The position numbers and the translations under genes were made by a program. From a virus (taxonomy: Duplodnaviria; Caudoviricetes), in the IMG/VR virus record IMGVR_UViG_3300048576_000022, positions 1 through 39,782 of that record: a stretch of 39,782 nt of DNA; one strand, given 5' to 3'. Position 1 is the stretch's first letter; the number at the start of each line of letters is the position of its first letter. This document shows, piece after piece, positions 15,873 to 25,387 of this stretch. The notes under the pieces are model-generated. The model was not told where the DNA came from and made no database searches. It worked only from the letters and a program-made list of their open reading frames with translations.

Positions 15873-17104
15873 TAGTATGACGTGCCCCATCCGTTGTTAG
15901 CGTTTCGAGATTGATCCTCAAGAACGCGGCGAATTTTTTTCAACTCTTCGTTGCTGGACTTTTGAATTGTTATAGTTGTGTCTTGCATCGCCGAGTAAGC
16001 ACCGATCTTTTGAAGCTCGTTTCGGCTGCCGGTGATTTGGAGTTTATTCTCCTTTTCGGCTGACTTTACTAATGCGGTGCGGTCTTGACCTAACTTCTCA
16101 AAGGCAAGTGCAGCTTCCAACTTTTGCGAGTCTGTGCCGGTCGCCATTTTCTTGCGGAGCTCTGCGCGTTCGCGGTCGATAAAAGCAATGCGCTCCGCTG
16201 TAGTCATTGACGCCAAATCCGATTGCCGTTGCTCTTCCGCCAATTTCTTTTTCAGCGTTGCAATGCGCGTTTCGATGCGTTCGCGTTCCTGGGTGGACAT
16301 GCCTTCAACCTTGGCTTGCGACTTCATGTCGACCGGAGCGCCTTCGTTTACAGGCTTCACTTTCCAGAGGAAACGGATTGCGTCGGCGTTGGCTTTGATA
16401 ACGCGACTAATAATTCCTCCTTCGTTTGCAGCCGGGCTTAGAGCATTGTCTATAATTTTGCGAACCCCGCCGCGAATCACCTGCATGTCGTCTGAAAACC
16501 TCTTATTCGACTTCACATCGGAAGCATCGTCAGCGAACGGGTCACGCGCATTCGCAAAGGCTCCGCGCTGCAATCCAGGTGTCAGGTCTTGATAGGTTTT
16601 CCCGAGCACTTTGTTGAGCGCGACAAGTTGCTCTGTTGAGAGCTTTGCGCCTTCAACGGACTTTGAAATCTCAGAGAATATCTGATCTGGAGACTTTGAC
16701 TTAATGTCGTCGACCTGCACGCCGATTGCTTTAAGCGAGTCTATCGCCTCGGCGTTTCCTGATTCGGCTTCGATTGCTGATTTTGCAATATTGCGATAGG
16801 CCGCAGTTACAGTGTCTATACTGGCCCCGGTTGTTTCAGCCGCGTATTTAAGAGCCTGGAATCGCTCAACTGATACATCGAGCTTTTGTGCTCCGTAGTC
16901 GATCTCTTTAGCCTCGTTGGCTAGCGACTCAACAAAACGCGATGCGCTCGATAGTATCGCAGTCCCTGTAAACGCGGAACCGATAGAGGTTGCGAGTTCT
17001 CTTGCGATGTTGCCGCCGCCTGCACGCGCAACGCTTTTTGCGTCTTCCATCCCGCGCTGGAATCGCGATATATCAACACCAAGAATGGCCATCAGTGACG
17101 GCAT
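15872..17104 (-). CDS. Tape measure protein (short, 410 aa)
   Basis: LGVDISRFQRGM N-terminus, QALKYAAETTGAS, KSPDQIFSEIS; helical A/K/E-rich; synteny. Confidence 0.85.
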   Translation of the reverse strand: MPSLMAILGVDISRFQRGMEDAKSVARAGGGNIARELATSIGSAFTGTAILSSASRFVESLANEAKEIDYGAQKLDVSVERFQALKYAAETTGASIDTVTAAYRNIAKSAIEAESGNAEAIDSLKAIGVQVDDIKSKSPDQIFSEISKSVEGAKLSTEQLVALNKVLGKTYQDLTPGLQRGAFANARDPFADDASDVKSNKRFSDDMQVIRGGVRKIIDNALSPAANEGGIISRVIKANADAIRFLWKVKPVNEGAPVDMKSQAKVEGMSTQERERIETRIATLKKKLAEEQRQSDLASMTTAERIAFIDRERAELRKKMATGTDSQKLEAALAFEKLGQDRTALVKSAEKENKLQITGSRNELQKIGAYSAMQDTTITIQKSSNEELKKIRRVLEDQSRNANNGWGTSY

Positions 17105-17676
17105 GCTGCCTCCTTCGCTTCTTCTTCCTCAATGTATTTCCGGAATGCTTCATTTGCGCTGTTCCAGACTTTCATTGCGCCATCGCTCTCGAGGTGCGCT
17201 TGGTAAATCATTTGAGCTAATCCAAGAGGGAAATCGAATACCGTTGACCATGTCTCGCTGTGCTTCGTGACTAGCAGTGATGCGAGGCGCAAAAGGAATG
17301 GAGCGCCCGGTTGCCTGCCATACTCGAACCCGCTTGACAAGCTGTCATCTACCTCAAAAAACAGCGACCCGGCAGCGCGGTATTCAAGGAATGCTTTTGC
17401 TTCCAGGGAGAAGTCTGCCTTGCGAGTCTTCCACCTCCAAAGCGTTGTCTTCAGAAATAGCAGCTTGTCGCATGACAGCTTTTGAATTCCGCCCCATGAC
17501 TCAGAGCACGCCAGCGCAGCGTCGTAAACATCGCGCTTTGTGAACCCGCCAGACAGCAGGAGATTCCCGCGTCGTATCAACCAAAGCTCATGACCAATAG
17601 AATACGGCCTCATTCTGAGGCCGATGACATAGACCGGATGCGGCAAGGCCGCTTGCGCCAAAGCGGCTTCGTGCAT
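17092..17676 (-). CDS. Probable tail assembly chaperone
   Basis: Lies between tail tube and tape measure; GLRMRPYSIGH motif. Confidence 0.6.
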   Translation of the reverse strand: MHEAALAQAALPHPVYVIGLRMRPYSIGHELWLIRRGNLLLSGGFTKRDVYDAALACSESWGGIQKLSCDKLLFLKTTLWRWKTRKADFSLEAKAFLEYRAAGSLFFEVDDSLSSGFEYGRQPGAPFLLRLASLLVTKHSETWSTVFDFPLGLAQMIYQAHLESDGAMKVWNSANEAFRKYIEEEEAKEAACRH

Positions 17677-17679
17677 AAG

Positions 17680-18132
17680 CTATCCTGTTATCTTTGTGGT
17701 GAGAGACGCATTTTGTGTGGCGTCAACGTACTTGCGCACAGGCAGCGTGACTTTTGCGGCGGCTCCGTTGGAAAAATCCATTTGCTGATCTCCGACGTAG
17801 AGCCAGTCTCCGTTCAGTGCGGCAACCTGGAAGTTTGCTGTCGTGACTTTTGACAGAGGGGAGAGGAACACAGCAACACCGGCGGCGGCGGCGCGGGTGG
17901 CACCGGATGGAACAAATTCAAGCGTTGCTTCGATGCGCTCGTTGACAGCCTGGAGAGACACATCGTTGTTGTTTGCGTCTTTCGTCTCAGACAAGTCAAA
18001 CTTATGCGTAGGCTTCACGCCCTGGAGGATGATGGTTGCGTAACCGGAGATAGTAAAGTCGGTCCCATTATCCCTGATGCCATACAGGACTGCTTTACCG
18101 GTCTGAATTTCCGCTATTTGAGACGATGCCAT
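17680..18132 (-). CDS. Major tail tube protein
   Basis: 150-aa beta-rich protein two genes upstream of the tape measure, with its own GTTGAC motif upstream. Confidence 0.65.
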   Translation of the reverse strand: MASSQIAEIQTGKAVLYGIRDNGTDFTISGYATIILQGVKPTHKFDLSETKDANNNDVSLQAVNERIEATLEFVPSGATRAAAAGVAVFLSPLSKVTTANFQVAALNGDWLYVGDQQMDFSNGAAAKVTLPVRKYVDATQNASLTTKITG

Positions 18133-18165
18133 AAATTAGCCTTTGGTTTGTGGATAGTGTCAACG

Positions 18166-18624
18166 TCACTCTATTACCGACGGGTAACAGCGTGCCGTCA
18201 TTGTGATTGTGTCGCGCCAGTGGTTTTCTGCGGGCTCAGCCTCGATTGATTCGATCGTGACTTCTTCGATTGTGATTTCGATGTTGTTCGAGTGCGCCTC
18301 AGCTTCGATTGCCCTTGCAACCTGCGTGCCGTCGCGGTGATTGTTTCCACCTGGGACAAGCAGATCGGCCACAGTGTCAAATAGCTGGTTGCTTGCGTCA
18401 ACTGCGCCGTCTTCGTTAAGTATTTCTGATTTCACTGCGACCGTTAAAGTCACATCGTAGCAGCCAGCAAACGGCGCATCTTTGATCGGAGTCGCCTTGC
18501 TTGAGAATACAACAGCAAACGGCAATTCCTTTTGCGAAGCGCGTTTCGCCGGGTATGCCGTCACGTCGTTCGCGGACAGGAAAGCGGCAACGGAGTTATC
18601 GAACTTGGATAGGATGTTGTTCAT
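18166..18624 (-). CDS. Tail terminator-like protein
   Basis: Acidic 152 aa, ELPFAVV motif, synteny. Confidence 0.55.
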   Translation of the reverse strand: MNNILSKFDNSVAAFLSANDVTAYPAKRASQKELPFAVVFSSKATPIKDAPFAGCYDVTLTVAVKSEILNEDGAVDASNQLFDTVADLLVPGGNNHRDGTQVARAIEAEAHSNNIEITIEEVTIESIEAEPAENHWRDTITMTARCYPSVIE

Positions 18625-19361
18625 TTTTGCTGCGCGTTGAATTTTGCTACCTCTGCGTCCATGTCTTTCTGCAACTGCTGCGCAAAGTGCTGTTTCTTTG
18701 AGAAAAACGCGTTGCCGACAGCCCAGTCGTAGGCATGCTGGATCTTGTCGCCCTGGCCCTTTCGTGCGTGGTAAAACAGCTTGAATAGTGCGCGTGGGTT
18801 GCTAGAGATCTTAGCGAGTTGCGCCTCACCGCGTCCGCCGTAGCCGGTGCTGCCGGGCCATTGTGAGATGCCTAGAAAAAGGCGATTAAACGATACGCGG
18901 TATTTAGAACCAGCGTTTAAGGCTCTGATCACAGGCATTAGAACAGCTTTAACCGAGCCGACGCCTTTCTGCCTATTCTGTGACATCTTTCCTGAGTACC
19001 GCAGCATCTTAGTTCCATATAGGCCGGTACCACTGCGTTTAGCTACCCAGTATTGAGCTATCAAATGTTTTCGCTGTAGCTGTCTCCGTTTAGCGACGCG
19101 AGGCAAATACATGCCTTTGCGCTTCCCGCTATGTGCACGCTTTATCAGTGTTGAAAGAGGTTCATTCATCAGCCTCTTAATGGCCGCACGACGCCGTTGG
19201 GCTTCTGTGTCGCTTTGCGGTCCTAGCTGCTTCCAACTATCCACAGCTATGTCAAGGAGCGCCTGGTTGACCGCCGTGGCTGTATCAACCTTTTTCTTGG
19301 CGGCAAACCGGTCTATTCCGCTGCGGAAAACAGAGTCATTCCATTGGACGGTATTTGCCAT
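18621..19361 (-). CDS. Basic neck/tail completion protein
   Basis: K/R-rich 246 aa between head closure and terminator positions. Confidence 0.5.
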   Translation of the reverse strand: MANTVQWNDSVFRSGIDRFAAKKKVDTATAVNQALLDIAVDSWKQLGPQSDTEAQRRRAAIKRLMNEPLSTLIKRAHSGKRKGMYLPRVAKRRQLQRKHLIAQYWVAKRSGTGLYGTKMLRYSGKMSQNRQKGVGSVKAVLMPVIRALNAGSKYRVSFNRLFLGISQWPGSTGYGGRGEAQLAKISSNPRALFKLFYHARKGQGDKIQHAYDWAVGNAFFSKKQHFAQQLQKDMDAEVAKFNAQQK

Positions 19362-19684
19362 TAAACTCCCTTATCGACGCAGTCACATTCGAGCCGGTAG
19401 AATGCATTCAGAGTTTTGCGCACTGAACCAATGACGTATCGTTTACCGTCAAACTCAACAGGCGATTTTGACCGCGGCTCTTCACCCGCGGCAAAAACAG
19501 CACAGCGCACCAACAGCACGATGGAATCAGACGGTGACAGCCCACCTTCTGTAAGAGTCATCATGTCCGCAGTCTCGTTCTTAAGGCATTGATACGGCTT
19601 CCCGGAGATCGTAGCCGTCATGTTTCCTGCGTCTGATTCGAGTTGCGCCAGGCCCCTCGTGAGTGCATTTCCTATTCTGCTCAT
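19361..19684 (-). CDS. Head-tail joining (closure) protein
   Basis: TISGKPYQC..EGG...VEFDGKRYVIGSV beta-barrel pattern; start after the terminator. Confidence 0.6.
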   Translation of the reverse strand: MSRIGNALTRGLAQLESDAGNMTATISGKPYQCLKNETADMMTLTEGGLSPSDSIVLLVRCAVFAAGEEPRSKSPVEFDGKRYVIGSVRKTLNAFYRLECDCVDKGV

Positions 19685-19691
19685 AGAAATG

Positions 19692-19726
19692 AAAAAGGCC
19701 GGGTCGGATGCATGTCCGCCCGGCTT
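19692..19726 (-). terminator. Rho-independent terminator after the capsid/decoration genes
   Basis: Minus strand AAGCCGGGCGGA-CATGCA-TCCGACCCGGCC-TTTTT. Confidence 0.85.
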
Positions 19727-19749
19727 GATGAACAACACAACAACCAACC

Positions 19750-20166
19750 TCAGAAGCGAGCCGTCAGGGTGCCAGAAATCGAGGATGCGTCGCCAGTTGA
19801 AGCTCCGAGAGTCACCTTTGCGCGGACATAGCGAGCGGAGTTGCTCGGGATGCGCACTCGCGCGGAATATGCCGCAGCACCAGCGGAGCTTGCCCCGGCA
19901 ACCTGATCGTTCAGGATGGTTTTGGCAACAGCAGAGAAAGCCGAAGTCGTGCTAGTCTCGATGATGTAATTGACCGTCCTGGTATCGGGCACCATCGTCG
20001 CATTCAGCGCCGGAACGTCAAGTTGCAACTCGATAGAGTCTGGCTTGTAGGTATCGGCCCCGAGGTCGATGACGGCGGACTGGGTTGAGCCAGCACCGTT
20101 ATTAAGCGCGAACGCAGCGGGGTTAAGGCTTGCGTCCTGAATGTTTCTCGCAAATTCGTTAGCCAT
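19750..20166 (-). CDS. Capsid decoration/cement protein
   Basis: 138-aa beta-sandwich directly after the capsid gene; VIDLG and RYVRAKVT motifs. Confidence 0.65.
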   Translation of the reverse strand: MANEFARNIQDASLNPAAFALNNGAGSTQSAVIDLGADTYKPDSIELQLDVPALNATMVPDTRTVNYIIETSTTSAFSAVAKTILNDQVAGASSAGAAAYSARVRIPSNSARYVRAKVTLGASTGDASSISGTLTARF

Positions 20167-20190
20167 AATTCGTGATCCTTTCTTTGGGGC

Positions 20191-21111
20191 TCAGAGCGTC
20201 AAAGCCTCGGTGTTGAGCAGGGAATCCGTAACGACAATCGGGATGCCGAAAGCGTCGGTCGGCAGCGGTGCTGGTGCGCCTGTCGGGTTGGTCGCCGTTC
20301 GGCTGGCTCGCAACTGTTCGCGGCTTCGAGATGTCATGAACCAGTAATCCGGCTGCATGCCAACGGGCAGCTTGGCCAGGTGCGTGCCGAGCAGGGTATC
20401 AGTCAGGCCCTTGCCGGAATCAGCGGTCAGCTTCTTAATCCGGCTGACAGCGTGCTTGTTGACCCACTGGGCGCCGATCCAGCCCTCAAGGCTGTTCTTG
20501 TAAGCCGTCAACTCCTTCGAGCTGCGCGTGATGGTCTGCTTGCGCCACTCGCCAATGCTCATAACGCGGTCGCGACCGAAGATGATTCGACAGAACTGGT
20601 TCCCAAGCTTGACACCGTAAACACTGGAACCAGTCGTGGCTGTGGTTCCGCCCGCGTCGGTAACGTAGCTGGAATCGACGATCTGGACAGCGCCAGGGAA
20701 GCCGCTGGAATTTCCGCCGGTTCCGCTGCCGTACCAAATCTGTTTGCCGATTGTCTGGACGTAGGCCATGCCGTGGCCGGTCGCCTCAAGGGCTAAAGCG
20801 TAGTCCTCGCCCTCATCGCAAAGCTGGGCGGCGGCGACATCCATTTCCATCTGGCCGTCGTAGTAGAAGCACTCAACGAGCTTTTGAGCGTAGGTGGATT
20901 TCGTCGGCTCGGTCCCCTCGTTGACTTTGCGGAATGCGCCGGTAGGAATCGCCGTGCGCAGCAAAGTAGTGAAACTGATTTTGCCGATAGTGGCCGCAGG
21001 GAACATTGCCAGTTCCGGGGCTGCGTTCAAGTTTTCCTCGATAACGCCGATTTCTTTGTCGGTGCCGTTAATTTTCGCGAGGTCGAGAGCTGTCAAATAA
21101 GCGTAGGCCAT
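20191..21111 (-). CDS. Major capsid protein (HK97 fold)
   Basis: 306 aa; FRKVNEG, IWYG...FPG, DAGGT...GSSVY, FGIPIVVTDSLLNTE; follows protease and scaffold. Confidence 0.88.
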   Translation of the reverse strand: MAYAYLTALDLAKINGTDKEIGVIEENLNAAPELAMFPAATIGKISFTTLLRTAIPTGAFRKVNEGTEPTKSTYAQKLVECFYYDGQMEMDVAAAQLCDEGEDYALALEATGHGMAYVQTIGKQIWYGSGTGGNSSGFPGAVQIVDSSYVTDAGGTTATTGSSVYGVKLGNQFCRIIFGRDRVMSIGEWRKQTITRSSKELTAYKNSLEGWIGAQWVNKHAVSRIKKLTADSGKGLTDTLLGTHLAKLPVGMQPDYWFMTSRSREQLRASRTATNPTGAPAPLPTDAFGIPIVVTDSLLNTEALTL

Positions 21112-21123
21112 AAAGTTTGTTGG

Positions 21124-21582
21124 TTAGGAATTCTTTTTCGATTCAAGACGTTGAGCGGCAAGCACGCGGGCGAAACCGTGCAGTTGCGGCTCGTCCTTTT
21201 TTGCGCTGTGCGGGTTGCTGTCAGGGAGTGCGGCAAGCGGGGGCTGGCCCTGCTGTGCGGTGATCTCAAGTGCCTTCTGTGCGGCCTTCGCCTCAATCTC
21301 TTTCGAGGCCCCGGCGATCTTAGCTTTCAGGTCGGCGCACTCAGCGGCGAGCTTTTCGTTTTCAGCCTTGAGCTTCGCGGCGGACTCGTTCGCGGCTTGG
21401 AGATCCGCGTTGGCCGTGGTCAGCAAATCAGCGGACGTCTTGAGTTCGGATTGCAGCGCGGCAATGGCTTCAGGCTCAGAATCGGCCTGGGCTTTGATCT
21501 GCGCTTGGAGGTTGGATACTTCGGCTTTAAGCTCTTCGATTTGAGCATTCGCCTTTCCGATGTTGAAAACTGTCCATGCCAT
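21124..21582 (-). CDS. Coiled-coil scaffolding protein
   Basis: A/E/K-rich heptads; lies between the S49 protease and capsid genes. Confidence 0.7.
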   Translation of the reverse strand: MAWTVFNIGKANAQIEELKAEVSNLQAQIKAQADSEPEAIAALQSELKTSADLLTTANADLQAANESAAKLKAENEKLAAECADLKAKIAGASKEIEAKAAQKALEITAQQGQPPLAALPDSNPHSAKKDEPQLHGFARVLAAQRLESKKNS

Positions 21583-21608
21583 ACGCACCTGGCATGGTGT
21601 CAACAAAA

Positions 21609-22403
21609 CTAATCGTCCATGAGGTCGGAAAGATCGTCTAGAATCCCGTCAACCAAACCAGCCTTTACACCATCTTCGCCATCGAATATCTGGCCCTGCA
21701 TGTATTCGTCAGGAACTTCGCGCCGGGAGTTAACGGCTTGCTTAAACTGCAAGTAAATCTTATCAACCCTTGCCTGAACCATGGCTTGCTCTTCGGTGGT
21801 TAGAGGCTTCCACCATGCACCAGCGGTCTTGTATTTCCCGGCGTGGAATTCCTGCATGCGCTCGCCGTTCTGCGCCATCTGCGCGGATAGATCCATGTAA
21901 GCGCACCAGACGCCGATTGATCCAACACAGGCCGACGCTGCCGCGTAGAAATACTGGCACTGCATGCCTAGCCACATACCGCCAGAGCAGCACTCGCTCG
22001 ACGTGTAACCAACAGTAGGCTTGCCGATGGAAAGGATCTTTCGAGCAACTTCCGGCGTGCCGGTTACCTCACCACCGGGAGTGTTGAAATCGAAAATGAT
22101 ACGCTTGACTGATCGGTCAGACTCCGCAACGTCGATCATTGCAGATACGTCATCAAGCCCGCACCCGCATGCGCTCATTGGAATGTCGGAAGCGTGCCGG
22201 ACAATGGTGCCGTGAACAGGGATTACGGCGGTATTGCCAACCTGGTAATAGCCGCATTTCTCCTCCATCTCTTCTTTGGCTTCGCCAGACTCAACCCGCG
22301 CCATATGCGAGTCAACGATTTTGCAAATGGCAGCATGCCTGGCCCTGGTGACAATCAGCGGCTCGTAATACAGCTTTGAAACGATGTGCGGATATTGCTT
22401 CAT
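21609..22403 (-). CDS. S49 family (SppA/lambda gpC-like) prohead protease
   Basis: AVIPVHGTI, DFNTPGGEV, CCSGGMWL, VGSIGVW, AGKYKTAG, GLVDG. Confidence 0.92.
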   Translation of the reverse strand: MKQYPHIVSKLYYEPLIVTRARHAAICKIVDSHMARVESGEAKEEMEEKCGYYQVGNTAVIPVHGTIVRHASDIPMSACGCGLDDVSAMIDVAESDRSVKRIIFDFNTPGGEVTGTPEVARKILSIGKPTVGYTSSECCSGGMWLGMQCQYFYAAASACVGSIGVWCAYMDLSAQMAQNGERMQEFHAGKYKTAGAWWKPLTTEEQAMVQARVDKIYLQFKQAVNSRREVPDEYMQGQIFDGEDGVKAGLVDGILDDLSDLMDD

Positions 22404-23926
22404 GACTCGATTGGTTTTGCTGCCGGTTTGTCTTCTGGTTTTGCCGTGGTGTTCGTAATCGTGCTGTAGCTTCCAGTCTCGCGGAATAGCGTTACGGCCT
22501 GCTCAATCGAAATGCCGAACTTGTCAGACTTTTCCTTTGCGCGGGTTAGCAGGTCTTCAATCTCAACATCCTGTTGTTTCCGGACATCGTCTCGCCAGTG
22601 GTCGCCGCGCTTTGCCGCAACACGTTGAAGCGTTGTCGCGCCTGCCCCGAGTTCCTGTAAGTCAACGTCGCTTTCGTATTTGCGATCGGCTGTAATGTCT
22701 CCGGGTCCGTAGTGGTAAATCTTATACCACTCTTTATTCTCAGGAAGGAACCCGCTCTTGATTGCTTTCGCAACTCCGTATGTATCGACGCGAAGGCATG
22801 TCTTGCGGGCAGCTTCCCGGCGCTTGTTGAGCACGCGGTTTATTCGGTCCACAATGACGCGCATAGGAGCGCCTCCAACCGCGGAAGGATCGAGTGAAAA
22901 GAACGAATCCCATTCAATACCTCGGAAGGCATCGCGCACCAGCATTTCCTGGAAACGCTGAGAGTTTGCGCCGGGACGGTCATAGTGAAACGGCTCAAGT
23001 TTGCTGTTGGTGTTTGCCTTAAAATAGCGATAGATGCCGCCGTCCAGCATCTTCATTTCCGGGGCTCCGCTTGCTGTCGCTGACGCTGCAGAGCTTCCGG
23101 TGACAAAATCCTTTGCTGAATCAGCCTCTCCGCTCTCGTTGTGCTCAATCAGCGCATTTGCCGCGCAAGCCTTCTGAGCCATCATCTCAAAACGCTTTGA
23201 CTCTCGCTTGTCCTGCCAATCAAAAGCCGACGACGCCAAAAGCGACAGCCCGCGAAGCTGACCTGGGAACACGGGGTAAAAGTGCAACACCATATCCCGC
23301 GTGGAAATGTCGCGATATTCTCCGTTGGAGTCATCCGACATGAAAACCCGGTAAGCAATCGGGCGGTAGTAGTCGTTGACGATTACTCCGTCAATGATCC
23401 TCGCGCCATCGTATAGCCCTCCTTTGACCACGCTTTCTGTCTGCGACCTGGATCCGATGCGGTGCGACGGGATCAGTTGAATCATCGGGTAGCCGGACTC
23501 TCCTTGCGTTAGTAAAATGCCCATGTCTCCCACCACGATCGGAAGCAGTGTAAGTGATTGACGGAAGAACCTGCCGTCATACGGTGGGCCAGCAACGTCA
23601 AAAATGTTGTGCCACGATTCCAGCCATTGCTCCTCTTGATATCCCCAATCTTGGTCCTCGCCGTAAAACTGCGGAGCAAAGCTTGACAATGCGAGGTCGG
23701 CTTGCTCCAACACTGCCCCTTGCAGCTCCGGTATATTCCAAAACATCCATAGGCCAAGGCTGGCAAGGTTACGTCTGCCGCTGGTGGAAATCGTGCGATG
23801 GAAATCGTAATCTTGGGCCGGGATTGTCTGCCTGTCATTCTTGCTGGACGCGGCCTGGATCAGAGTGTTTTGCGCGTAGCTTCCCGTCCCGCGCCGGTCA
23901 ATGAATCTGAATGGTTGCTCAGCCAT
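22400..23926 (-). CDS. Portal protein, lambda gpB family
   Basis: 508 aa; IQLIPSHRI, IIDGVIVNDYYRPIAYRV, GQLRGLSLL. Confidence 0.88.
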   Translation of the reverse strand: MAEQPFRFIDRRGTGSYAQNTLIQAASSKNDRQTIPAQDYDFHRTISTSGRRNLASLGLWMFWNIPELQGAVLEQADLALSSFAPQFYGEDQDWGYQEEQWLESWHNIFDVAGPPYDGRFFRQSLTLLPIVVGDMGILLTQGESGYPMIQLIPSHRIGSRSQTESVVKGGLYDGARIIDGVIVNDYYRPIAYRVFMSDDSNGEYRDISTRDMVLHFYPVFPGQLRGLSLLASSAFDWQDKRESKRFEMMAQKACAANALIEHNESGEADSAKDFVTGSSAASATASGAPEMKMLDGGIYRYFKANTNSKLEPFHYDRPGANSQRFQEMLVRDAFRGIEWDSFFSLDPSAVGGAPMRVIVDRINRVLNKRREAARKTCLRVDTYGVAKAIKSGFLPENKEWYKIYHYGPGDITADRKYESDVDLQELGAGATTLQRVAAKRGDHWRDDVRKQQDVEIEDLLTRAKEKSDKFGISIEQAVTLFRETGSYSTITNTTAKPEDKPAAKPIES

Positions 23927-23929
23927 ATG

Positions 23930-24175
23930 TCAGTAGGTGATCTTGACGCGGTCATTACGCGCAATGTCTGCGTCCGGATAGTCCAGCGGGGCGATGCGGT
24001 TTAAAGCTCGTAGGATAAGCTCGATTGTCCGCTCGGTGGAATTGATTAACTGCGACTGTTGCTCAACGTCGCCGCCCTTTGTACGCACAAGGGCGCTAGC
24101 CGCTAGCAAGTCCTCTTGCCGTGCAGCCAGCGCCGATTCCAATTTCTCCCGCGAAAGACCGATAAACGGATTCAC
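23930..24175 (-). CDS. gpW-like head completion protein
   Basis: 81-aa helix-hairpin-helix pattern immediately upstream of the portal. Confidence 0.55.
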   Translation of the reverse strand: MNPFIGLSREKLESALAARQEDLLAASALVRTKGGDVEQQSQLINSTERTIELILRALNRIAPLDYPDADIARNDRVKITY

Positions 24176-24359
24176 GCCATAGGCGCGAAGTCAACGCTTA
24201 CAGCTACTGAATCTTGGTATTATAAAGCATTATCGAAATCATCGTGCATAGACAGACCGAGACAAGCCCGACCGGCCAGAGCTGGGTTAGTGCAAACAGC
24301 GATACAATCCAAAGAATTGCAGCAACTCCACAAAGTAGTTTGTAGGCCATGACGACATC

Positions 24360-24929
24360 CTACCCAAGCCGCTCGTAAAACTCAACCAGCGGGCGCAGCC
24401 TTTCGCGCCATCCGTCTTTTCTTTCCTTTGTCCAGAATTCATCTGGCTGGCCGAGCAGAAAATGCCGAACATCGTCAACCTTGTTTCCTACAGTGCGCAA
24501 AACAGGTCCGTCCGATAGCAGTGCGTTCTTCCCCGGCGTGCTGGTGCGGATCTTCTCGCGCATCGCCGCAACGCTCAAGTTCTCGCGCTCTGCAAGCTCC
24601 AGCCATTCGAGCTGCTTTGCTGCGGGAAGCTCTGAGACTTCGGAGTGATGCGACCACGACAGATTCTCGCGCCGGTTCACGCGGTCGACTTTGGATGATA
24701 CGAGCGCGTATTTGCGCAGGGTGTGCACGTTGACGTTGTTCGCGTCCGCCCATTCCTTCAGCTTGCCGAGCTTGTCGCCGTATTCCGCCCAATCACCGAG
24801 AACCCATTGCAGCGAAGACGATGCACGGAGGATTTTGTGGCCGCACGCCGCCCACTCTTCGAGCGACATGTCTTTGATTTCGCAGCCAACGGCACTGAAT
24901 TTCAAAGGTAGTTGTAGTTCGGTTGTCAT
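24360..24929 (-). CDS. LmbU-like DNA-binding protein
   Basis: SLEEW..G..I..A.SSLQWVLGDW..YG, TLRKYA.VS......RRENLSWSHH.EV, Q.EWL..A....LSV..MR. Confidence 0.75.
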   Translation of the reverse strand: MTTELQLPLKFSAVGCEIKDMSLEEWAACGHKILRASSSLQWVLGDWAEYGDKLGKLKEWADANNVNVHTLRKYALVSSKVDRVNRRENLSWSHHSEVSELPAAKQLEWLELAERENLSVAAMREKIRTSTPGKNALLSDGPVLRTVGNKVDDVRHFLLGQPDEFWTKERKDGWRERLRPLVEFYERLG

Positions 24930-25384
24930 GTTGTTTTTGTCTTCCTGACGTTTCTGTTTCGGTAGGACTGCTTCGCTTCAATGTCTTTCATCCACCGGGA
25001 AGGGGGTATTCCGAGGCGGGCGCAGATGGCGACGCACTGCTTGCTGACGGTTGCTTTGTTTACATTCCACTCTTTTGCAATATCAGTCATACTGATACCG
25101 TCTAGGTTGACATCGCCTGCTGCTACAAGGAAACACGCGAGCTGGAACTTTGCATTTCGTGATGACGTTAGCTCTCGCGCCCATTCCGCGAACTTCGCAA
25201 GCAACTGCTGTGGTGTGCTTGGGCGGAAGCCGTAGTCCTCTGTTGGTGAATCCGGGCCTAGCTCGCTGTGACAGTGCGGACATATCGCGTCACCCGGTTT
25301 GCCGCATGACATGCATACGCACTCCAGGGTTTTGTGGTGATCCTCGCAAACTGCTTCCTCGGCTGGGTCGTGTTCGTAGAGCAT
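24926..25384 (-). CDS. Zn-finger plus HTH protein
   Basis: CMSC..CPHC; SMTDIAKEWNVNKATVSKQC helix-turn-helix. Confidence 0.7.
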   Translation of the reverse strand: MLYEHDPAEEAVCEDHHKTLECVCMSCGKPGDAICPHCHSELGPDSPTEDYGFRPSTPQQLLAKFAEWARELTSSRNAKFQLACFLVAAGDVNLDGISMTDIAKEWNVNKATVSKQCVAICARLGIPPSRWMKDIEAKQSYRNRNVRKTKTT

Positions 25385-25387
25385 AAG

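Noticed and set aside
20884-21612. Long plus-strand ORFs opposite structural genes (e.g. 242 aa here, 8938-9420, 16134-16592)
   Set aside because: Antisense shadows of well-supported minus-strand genes, with no motifs or start context.
24205-24245. dif-like (XerC/D) site in the AT-rich gap upstream of the head genes
   Set aside because: Only a weak TTAT-containing half-site; arm symmetry and consensus match are too poor.
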